From contig JBEGVH010000029.1 of NCBI GenBank assembly GCA_041178425.1, positions 51,770-115,769 on the forward strand: DNA of 64,000 nucleotides, written 5' to 3'. This stretch comes from Pseudomonadota bacterium. GTDB taxonomy: Bacteria > Bdellovibrionota > Bdellovibrionia > Bdellovibrionales > Bdellovibrionaceae. The notes beneath the pieces are model-generated. The model made no database searches, had not been told where the DNA came from, and was given only the letters and a program-made list of their open reading frames with translations. Both the position numbers and the translations under genes were made by a program. Every line of letters starts with the position of its first letter. Within the stretch, counting starts at the first letter, position 1. Below, one piece after another: positions 57,150 through 64,000 of the stretch.

Positions 57150-57334
57150 GATCTCCTTCGCGTTGTTGGTAACCATTTGTGGCACCGCTATAGAACAATC
57201 TTCCTGTCACAGCATTGAACCGATCCATAAAAATTTCAAAGCCCCCCTCTTTTTCACTTCTCTGACGACATTTATCTAGCCGAGTGGTTTGTTCGCCCCC
57301 GAACCAAATAGATATCAAAAAGGGAGACACTAAG

Positions 57335-58633
57335 ATGTCTGGGCTCAACCAATTTAAATACGCCTTCGGCCTGGTCGCGGCCTTATTGTTTTTTTCAGCT
57401 TGTTCCTTCAAAAACCGATGGACCGATCCAACAACCACCATCAATAAAACCGAAAAAACTAAGATCGTTGTCACATCTAACATGTCTGCCGATGAAATCG
57501 CTGATGCCGCCGAACAACTGGTCACTCCCTACACCTTTATGTTGGCCGACAAAACTTTTTCTTTAGCCCTCGAGAAAAACCCTGCCCACAACAAAGCCCT
57601 CTTTTACAAGGCTCTTCTTAAGCGATTTATGGTGTTTAAAGGGATTTTGGCGCGAATTCGACCCCTGATTGAACAAAAGGGCGAGATTCAAAGTTATAAC
57701 TCTCAATTACGACAAATCCCTGAGTCGGCCCTTAAAAGTTTCCTCCTCGATGGTCCCGCCGATATCAATTCTTATTATTCAGCTCAGACCTTTTTAAACA
57801 AGTATGTGCGCGGTGTGAATTATCTGAGGGAATTTTTGCTTCAGAATCCTGAACTAAACTTCGATATCTATCTAAACCCCTATTTTCATAAAGACACTAT
57901 TGCTACCTCATGGAGTAAAAGCTGTAAGCAATTGATCACCCAAAACGAGCTCATGCATGTAGAGTGCGACTCGAGAGAAGTGGCTACCCGACATGTCAAT
58001 AGCGCAGATTTAATGCTCTTACGACAGATGGCTGCCGGCGAGGTGCTCGCATTTTCGGTCTATGCCAGCTACTCCTTTGAAGGAATCGAATCGTTGTCTC
58101 AAATAAAAGATTTTGACCGACTTCCGTACAAAACTCAGAAAAAAATTATTCAATCTCATGATGATCTTGGTGTCTTAAGAAGAGACCACGTCATGGACCT
58201 CATTCAATACATTGCTCAGGACTTTGTCGCTGCCGTCAGATGGTCAGAGATGATGCAAAAAGAACTATGCCCTCGTCATGACGATGATTCCTCAGGAGAG
58301 GACCAAAGAGCTAACTTTCTTTTCAGCAAAGGTCTCTGCTTGAGTTCAAAGTCGGAGGCCCTAACGGCTCGCGAAAACCTTCTCGCCAAAATTGAAACGG
58401 CCCTTCGGGGAACTCTACCGATTGAAGTGCCGCGAAAAGACGAAGAAATGACGTTTCAAACGGTGGTCGATCCTTTGGTTATTTCAAGACGCCCCATTAT
58501 TGATCTGAAATCACTAATTCCTAACGAAATCTCTACCTGCGGCAGAAGGACTCCGTTAAGCGATCCCACTCTCAATGGACTTTTTCCTCGAGGAGATGCT
58601 CCAGAATATTTGGGTTTAAAGGCTTGCTATTAG
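57335..58633 (+). CDS. Hypothetical lipoprotein
   Basis: FSAC lipobox after ATG 57335 (GGGAG RBS); TPR-like ALEKNPAHNKALFYKA. Confidence 0.7.
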   Translation: MSGLNQFKYAFGLVAALLFFSACSFKNRWTDPTTTINKTEKTKIVVTSNMSADEIADAAEQLVTPYTFMLADKTFSLALEKNPAHNKALFYKALLKRFMVFKGILARIRPLIEQKGEIQSYNSQLRQIPESALKSFLLDGPADINSYYSAQTFLNKYVRGVNYLREFLLQNPELNFDIYLNPYFHKDTIATSWSKSCKQLITQNELMHVECDSREVATRHVNSADLMLLRQMAAGEVLAFSVYASYSFEGIESLSQIKDFDRLPYKTQKKIIQSHDDLGVLRRDHVMDLIQYIAQDFVAAVRWSEMMQKELCPRHDDDSSGEDQRANFLFSKGLCLSSKSEALTARENLLAKIETALRGTLPIEVPRKDEEMTFQTVVDPLVISRRPIIDLKSLIPNEISTCGRRTPLSDPTLNGLFPRGDAPEYLGLKACY

Positions 58634-59035
58634 ATGATCGCAAGACCCGTTTTCATCATCTGGCTTTTCTTTTCCATCAGTTTTCCTTGGCTCAGCTTGG
58701 CCGATGGTGAGACCAAGCTTAAGCAGGTCAAACTTGAAGTCTGCGCCCACCAAAAGAGAAATCAGTGTTTAACAATAGCCAGCCAAACGGCAGAGTCGAC
58801 ACTAAACCATAACGCTTTTTTTTTTCGTTCACCAGAGCTTCGAGGCCTAGGCTTCGAGAAAAAGACATTCTCGTCGGCCATTATTGATTTTTCTAATAAC
58901 TTAATAGTATTACGGGAGCGCAAAGCGGGTGAATTGGTTGGCGAATGGAGTGTTTCTATTGAAACTCTCTCGCCCCAATTTTTTCCGCTTCAAAACAGCA
59001 TCGCCGCACAAAAAGGGCTCTCCATTGAAAACTGA
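58634..59035 (+). CDS. Hypothetical secreted protein
   Basis: Signal peptide ending SLA; abuts the upstream stop codon. Confidence 0.55.
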   Translation: MIARPVFIIWLFFSISFPWLSLADGETKLKQVKLEVCAHQKRNQCLTIASQTAESTLNHNAFFFRSPELRGLGFEKKTFSSAIIDFSNNLIVLRERKAGELVGEWSVSIETLSPQFFPLQNSIAAQKGLSIEN

Positions 59036-60242
59036 TCGTCGACTCCTCCTTATTTTAATCACTATTTTCTTAGATACCTTGGGAATAGGCCTTTTGGTTC
59101 CCTCTTTTCCCAAGATCATCGGGCGATTTAGCTCTGATCCGCAAGTGGCCTCTGAATACTTTGGCTTCTTTGTAGGATCTTACGCCCTCATGCAGTTCTT
59201 GGCCGCCCCCGTGTTGGGTTCTCTCTCTGATAAATGGGGCCGCCGCTCCATTTTACTTGGTTCACTCTTGGGGGCTGCTGTTGACTATCTGATGATGGCC
59301 TTTGCTCCTGGCATTGGCTGGCTGCTTCTCGGTCGCTCGATTGCGGGCATTACTGGTGCCAGCATGACTGTTGCTTCCTCGTACATTACGGATATTAGTC
59401 CTATCGAAAAGCGAAGCCAAAACTACGGTCTGATTGGTGCAGCCTGGGGAATTGGATTCATTGCGGGCCCAATTCTGGGTGCCTCTCTTGATCTTATCGA
59501 TGCTCGAGCCCCTTTTTACTTGGCCGCAGGGCTCAACTTTATCATCTTTCTGTTTACTTACTTTGTTTTGCCAGAATCATTACCACCAGAGCATCGACGA
59601 AACGTTGAGCTTTCAAAGCTGAATCCTTTGTCATCGTTACTTAGAGTATTTCAACGGGCTGAGATTGCAATTCTGGTATGGACTTATGCTTTACTTTTTC
59701 TGGCAGGGCAGGCCATGCCGGTCAACTGGCCGCTTTACACGCAACTGAAATTCGAATGGACCCCAATGCAGTTAGGGCTTTCACTCTCAGTTTTCGGCTT
59801 GGTGATTGCGCTCTCTCAAACCACCATCACTAGAGTTCTGATCGCCAAACTGGGTGAGGAAAAATCGATGATTCTGGGATTGTTTTTTTATTCTCTTTGC
59901 TTCTTGTGCTTTAGTTTATCAGCGAGCGAATGGATGCTTTATACGACAATTGTTTTATTCGCTTTCACCGGTGTAGCAACACCTGCATTGCAATCAATGA
60001 TGAGCAAAGACACACCTCCGGATCGACAAGGGGAACTTCACGGCAGCTTGGTCTCTATTGGCAGCATGACCTCCGTTTTAGCACCTGTCCTATACACGCC
60101 CCTCTTTGTTCAGTTCACCAAACCCTCAAGCTCCTTGTATTTTCCAGGAATCGTTTTTTTTGTCGCAAGCGCAATGACTTTTATTCTATTTACCTTCTGG
60201 TTGATTAAATCCCTCAGAAAGCAAAAAACTAATGTTTCATAA
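59025..60242 (+). CDS. TCR/Tet family MFS transporter
   Basis: DTLGIGL, YALMQFLAAPVLGSLSDKWGRR, GRSIAGITGA, GFIAGP, LPESL and QGELHG. Confidence 0.92.
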   Translation: MKTDRRLLLILITIFLDTLGIGLLVPSFPKIIGRFSSDPQVASEYFGFFVGSYALMQFLAAPVLGSLSDKWGRRSILLGSLLGAAVDYLMMAFAPGIGWLLLGRSIAGITGASMTVASSYITDISPIEKRSQNYGLIGAAWGIGFIAGPILGASLDLIDARAPFYLAAGLNFIIFLFTYFVLPESLPPEHRRNVELSKLNPLSSLLRVFQRAEIAILVWTYALLFLAGQAMPVNWPLYTQLKFEWTPMQLGLSLSVFGLVIALSQTTITRVLIAKLGEEKSMILGLFFYSLCFLCFSLSASEWMLYTTIVLFAFTGVATPALQSMMSKDTPPDRQGELHGSLVSIGSMTSVLAPVLYTPLFVQFTKPSSSLYFPGIVFFVASAMTFILFTFWLIKSLRKQKTNVS

Positions 60243-61563
60243 CCTCATTACGCCAAAACGTTGTTTTTCCTGACTTGGAATTCACTTGATAGTCCTGTTC
60301 GTGAACAACAAGAACTTCTAGTTTCTTCAATCCTTTGTCTTTGAAAAATCTTTTTAGGGATGAATCCACTTTATGGAGAATTGATATTTTTTGGTCATCG
60401 AATTTTTCATCAATCAAAATATGAAAAGCCACTCGATTGGCTTTTTCACTCACCATAAAAAAAGACTTCACACCCTCGGGCATTAGTGGATCGAAGGCCA
60501 AGGGGTGCACGGTCACTTTGCTATTCTCTTCGGTAATAAAATAGGGAATCTCATCGGAACGACCAATTTGACATTCGACCTTCTGAAAAGGACTTGCCTC
60601 ATCCAGTGATCGGGGCACCAAAATATCTCTCATCTGATAGCGGATCAACGGCATAGTGAAACCATGAAGATTGGTAATGTGAGTTTCGTTGTCGTTGATC
60701 CCAAAGATCAAATGATCCTCATAGAGTTCAATCGCATTTTCACCGTCTCTGCACACACCCATACTAAAACCTTCTGTGCTTCCGTAGTGATTATTGACGG
60801 CGCAGCCAAAGGTTTCTTTTAAGTAGCGGCGATCGGTCTCCAAAAGTGTCTCGCCGCCTGAATCAATCGAATCGGGTTGAATATAGATCTTTCCACTTCG
60901 TTGGGCATCGGCCACTAAAAGCAAAAGCTTGGCGTAGCCGCTCAAAATATGCGGCTGAAAGTCTTCGATTTCTTTGAGAACATTCTCAAACGGTTGCTCA
61001 ATTGAAATGGCTTTGTAATCGACGAGCTGGCGAGCCAACCAAATTTTATTGCAGAAGCTCATTGTTTGCGATGAACCAGCAAAACTCTTTGGAAACCCAA
61101 TCATCGCAATTCTTTTCTTAAAACGTCGTTGACCCACTGGCCCTCTCGCCACAGAGGGAGATACTCCGGCAACCACTTCCTCTGGCGTCGAAACGAAGTA
61201 CCCGGGTTGCCCTGTACTTCCCGAAGTCTTCAAAACTAAGTATTTATTGAGGTAAAGTTCTTCAGGATTTCCTCTCTCAACATAAGAATGAACATCTTTT
61301 TGTTTGATCGCACGATCGGTTACAATCTCATCAAAGTGATCTTGAATAATTTTTTTTGTTAAAATAGGAAAATCATCTGGACGTGCTGTTTTTGGATCGA
61401 GACCCGCCTGGCGCATGAGGCGAGAGTAGTACGGAGATTTCTTATAAACAAATTGAACCAGTTTTCTCCATCGAGCCTCTTGAATCGCAAGCATCTCGTC
61501 GCGGCTAAGCTTAGAAACCTTAGAGTAATTAACAACATGTTTAACGTACTGAATTGACAGCAT
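60229..61563 (-). CDS. Phenylacetate-CoA ligase/F390 synthetase-like adenylate-forming enzyme
   Basis: PILTK, KTSGSTGQP, GGE, YGSTEG, PLIRY and GRSDE. Confidence 0.85.
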   Translation of the reverse strand: MLSIQYVKHVVNYSKVSKLSRDEMLAIQEARWRKLVQFVYKKSPYYSRLMRQAGLDPKTARPDDFPILTKKIIQDHFDEIVTDRAIKQKDVHSYVERGNPEELYLNKYLVLKTSGSTGQPGYFVSTPEEVVAGVSPSVARGPVGQRRFKKRIAMIGFPKSFAGSSQTMSFCNKIWLARQLVDYKAISIEQPFENVLKEIEDFQPHILSGYAKLLLLVADAQRSGKIYIQPDSIDSGGETLLETDRRYLKETFGCAVNNHYGSTEGFSMGVCRDGENAIELYEDHLIFGINDNETHITNLHGFTMPLIRYQMRDILVPRSLDEASPFQKVECQIGRSDEIPYFITEENSKVTVHPLAFDPLMPEGVKSFFMVSEKANRVAFHILIDEKFDDQKISILHKVDSSLKRFFKDKGLKKLEVLVVHEQDYQVNSKSGKTTFWRNEVMKH

Positions 61564-61747
61564 AATACTCCCAAATTTGATTCAAGAATAAGTATAGGTC
61601 GAAGTTTTAAAATCAGCAACGCTCTTGGCTTTTATACACGGTAACTTGTCACAACTTGGGATCACCTTTTTGAGGTGTGTCTTTGCGAGACCCCATTAGA
61701 CAAAATGACTCCAACTGTTATGACCAAAATTGAGAAAATCAGAGGAG

Positions 61748-62557
61748 TCATTTTTTAAGTGAATCTCTGACTCTCAGAACTTGGGCCACAATACTAATGG
61801 CAATTTCTGCAGGCTGGTTATCGCCAAAATCCTCTCCGATCGGACAGCAGAAGCCACCGACCACATCCGCCGATAACCCCTCCCCGAGTAATTGCTGCTT
61901 CAGACTTCGCCCTTTTATTTTGCTTCCAATCACACCCACGTAAGGAAACTTCAGAGGCAGAACTTGCCTTAAGACCTTTAGATCAAAGGCATGCCCTTTG
62001 GTGACAGAAACCACGTAGGTGTTTGGTTGAAACTTAGCTATCAAGGGGGCCAAATCAGAGCCAAAATCGACCTTTATTTTTTTTAATTTTATATTTTCAT
62101 TCGCCCCACGATCCATCCACTCCTGACGATCGTCAAGCCACGTGACTCTCACGTTGAGTGTGAGCAAAAGTGGAATCAGTGCCTGCCCAACATGGCCGGC
62201 CCCAAACACAGCAATGTGAATAGGAGGTTTAGCCGCTAGATTTTCAAAGAGAACCGTGACTTCCCCTCCACAAGACATTCCCAAATCGGTTTGTAAATTC
62301 CAAATTTTAATTTCAACGGGCTCAGATTTTTTTGCAGACAGAAGGCTTTGCGCTCTCTCAATAACAGCCGCTTCAACTTTTCCACCACCGATAGTTCCAA
62401 CGATCTCTCCGGAACGGGAAACCATCATTTTTGCGCCGAGATCTTGCGGCACACTTCCCCTGCTTCCAATCAAGGTGCAAATACAAAGATCTTCACCATT
62501 TTGATAGCTCCTCATGGCCTCGGCCATTACACCTTCGCTATCGAGCCAATTAATCAT
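61748..62557 (-). CDS. xdhC: Xanthine dehydrogenase accessory protein
   Basis: GSVPQDLGAKM, GTIGGG, LGMSCGG, FGAGHVG, GVIGS and PAEIAISI. Confidence 0.93.
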   Translation of the reverse strand: MINWLDSEGVMAEAMRSYQNGEDLCICTLIGSRGSVPQDLGAKMMVSRSGEIVGTIGGGKVEAAVIERAQSLLSAKKSEPVEIKIWNLQTDLGMSCGGEVTVLFENLAAKPPIHIAVFGAGHVGQALIPLLLTLNVRVTWLDDRQEWMDRGANENIKLKKIKVDFGSDLAPLIAKFQPNTYVVSVTKGHAFDLKVLRQVLPLKFPYVGVIGSKIKGRSLKQQLLGEGLSADVVGGFCCPIGEDFGDNQPAEIAISIVAQVLRVRDSLKK

Positions 62558-64000
62558 CCGAAGTTTTCTCCCATTTCAACAAGGCACCTAACACATTTTC
62601 GGGTGTAGCAGGAACTTTTAAGTGCGGGCGCGGGGTTTTATAATGAAGGGCGTCTTTGACTGCTAACCATGCGGAGGCTCCCAAAAGCAGAGGTGGTTCG
62701 CCCACAGCCTTTGAACGATAGATGTTTTTAATGAATTCAGGATTAGGGAGAATATCGATATTAAACCTCTCCGGTATGTCGGTCATGAGAGGGATTTTGT
62801 AGGTGCTCGGCGAATGGGTTTTTAGTTCACCGGTATTATCGGTATAAAGCTCCTCCATCGTCATCCAACCAACCCCTTGGATATAGGCTCCTGCAATTTG
62901 GCCACGATCAATTTTTTCGTCGATCGTGGTTCCAAGGTCCATCACAATATCGGCAGCCATAATTCTTACCTGACCAGTGCATAGATCTACCTCGACCGCC
63001 GTCACACCTGCACCTTGCGTGTAATAATAAAAGGGATTCTTTTCTAGTTCAGGAGTCTTGTAATAGGCCTGCGAGGTAAGACTCACTCGACACAGTCGCG
63101 CCTTTTGCAAAAGCGTTTCAATGGAGACCACGACATCGCCAGAGCAGTGACGAATCTGCCCTTTCTCAAAAATCCAGTCGTTCAGCAGGGACTCACCAAA
63201 GCTTCCTTCGTCCATTTCGCGCCACTCGTTCGTAGTACGAAAACTATTTAGAAAGGCACAAAGGCGTTTTTTCAATTGATGACAGGCTCTCAGGGTGGCC
63301 ATTCCATTCATGTCAGCACCGCTGGAGGCCGCTGTTGGAGACGTATTAGCCGTCCGCTCCGTTGACGTGGGCATCACCTGAATTTTCTCCAAAGAAATTC
63401 CAAATTCCCGACTCACAACGTGAGCAATTTTTATTTGCACGCCCTGGCCCATTTCGACGGCCCCCGTGGAGACTTGAACAGTTCCATCGGTCTGTAGATG
63501 TATTAAACTTGAGGCTTGGTTGAGAAACTTACTCGTAAAAGAAATACCAAACTTGGTAAAAGATAAGGCCAGTCCACGCACACGATCTTTGTGCTTTTCG
63601 TTAAATTGATTAATCTGCCTTCTTAGAGCATGATATCTCGAATTAACCAGAGCCCGATCCAATAAACTGTGTAAAACGTTGTTTTCGAAAACCTGGCCAT
63701 AAGGAGTCACATTACGATCTTTGATTCCATAAAGATTCTCACGCCGAACCTGCTCCGGCTTGATCGAAAGATGCTGAGCAATTTCTTCCATTATATTTTC
63801 GATCGCAAGATTTCCCTGTGGTCCTCCAAACCCGCGCAGGGCCGTATTTGAGGCGGTACTGGTTTTAACCATACAACCTACAAATTCGAGATTTTCAATA
63901 TGGTAGGCGCCATCAGCGTGGTAGAGTGCGCGATCAAGAATGGAGGGAGATAAATCGGTATAAGCTCCTCCATCCCCGATCAAATTCATCTTTAATGCCT
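62550..64000 (-). CDS. xdhB: Xanthine dehydrogenase molybdopterin-binding subunit, partial (5' end outside window)
   Basis: ALRGFGGPQG, KFGISFT, EMGQG, NTSPTAASSG, DRGQIAG, YKIP and SKAVGEPPL. Confidence 0.94.
   Translation of the reverse strand, partial: ALKMNLIGDGGAYTDLSPSILDRALYHADGAYHIENLEFVGCMVKTSTASNTALRGFGGPQGNLAIENIMEEIAQHLSIKPEQVRRENLYGIKDRNVTPYGQVFENNVLHSLLDRALVNSRYHALRRQINQFNEKHKDRVRGLALSFTKFGISFTSKFLNQASSLIHLQTDGTVQVSTGAVEMGQGVQIKIAHVVSREFGISLEKIQVMPTSTERTANTSPTAASSGADMNGMATLRACHQLKKRLCAFLNSFRTTNEWREMDEGSFGESLLNDWIFEKGQIRHCSGDVVVSIETLLQKARLCRVSLTSQAYYKTPELEKNPFYYYTQGAGVTAVEVDLCTGQVRIMAADIVMDLGTTIDEKIDRGQIAGAYIQGVGWMTMEELYTDNTGELKTHSPSTYKIPLMTDIPERFNIDILPNPEFIKNIYRSKAVGEPPLLLGASAWLAVKDALHYKTPRPHLKVPATPENVLGALLKWEKTSDD

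Noticed and set aside
59025..60242. Acquired tetracycline resistance gene tetA
   Set aside because: Family-level similarity only; no tetR or mobile context; such MFS genes are common chromosomal genes.
1..64000. CRISPR array, rRNA, integron attC sites
   Set aside because: No regularly spaced direct repeats, rRNA-like sequence or attC-like cassette boundaries were seen by eye.

Overview
A 64 kb, gene-dense chromosomal segment, most likely from a Bdellovibrionota (Bdellovibrio-like) bacterium. This is an inference from FQNC-type lipoboxes, R-x-P-A-S/N motifs, many secreted Cys-rich proteins and a mevalonate operon. Core content: lysA/mpaA-like/dapD, a LolC/E-type permease, mlaEFD, yebC, pseudouridine synthase, pdxH, fkpA, tatA, rsgA, a five-gene mevalonate operon (fni, mvaA, PMK-like, mvaD, mvk; no HMG-CoA synthase), rpmI-rplT and xdhBC, plus tRNA-Leu(TAA), tRNA-Glu(TTC) and tRNA-Lys(TTT). 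Two small decaying accessory regions lie downstream of tRNA 3' ends. One (about 2.9-8.8 kb) has a degraded nucleotidyltransferase/RHH toxin-antitoxin remnant with an intact 18-bp inverted repeat, a deleted SGNH hydrolase and a hydrolase-MarR pair with a perfect 20-bp palindrome. The other (about 30.6-33.6 kb) has a secreted minimal kinase-like protein, an AbiE-like HTH/nucleotidyltransferase pair and an ISL3 remnant. The most striking locus is a three-gene operon (26580-30338) of type IV prepilin-like proteins. All three lack Glu+5 and share Cys-bounded repeat modules, and the last ends in a phage-adhesin-like glycine-rich domain, so it is a candidate pilus-tip adhesin complex. A GTCTCA-N3-TGAGAC palindromic motif recurs in intergenic DNA, including both ends of this operon. 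No CRISPR array, rRNA, intact transposase, integrase or reverse transcriptase was seen. All family assignments come from motif recognition by eye, not from database searches.
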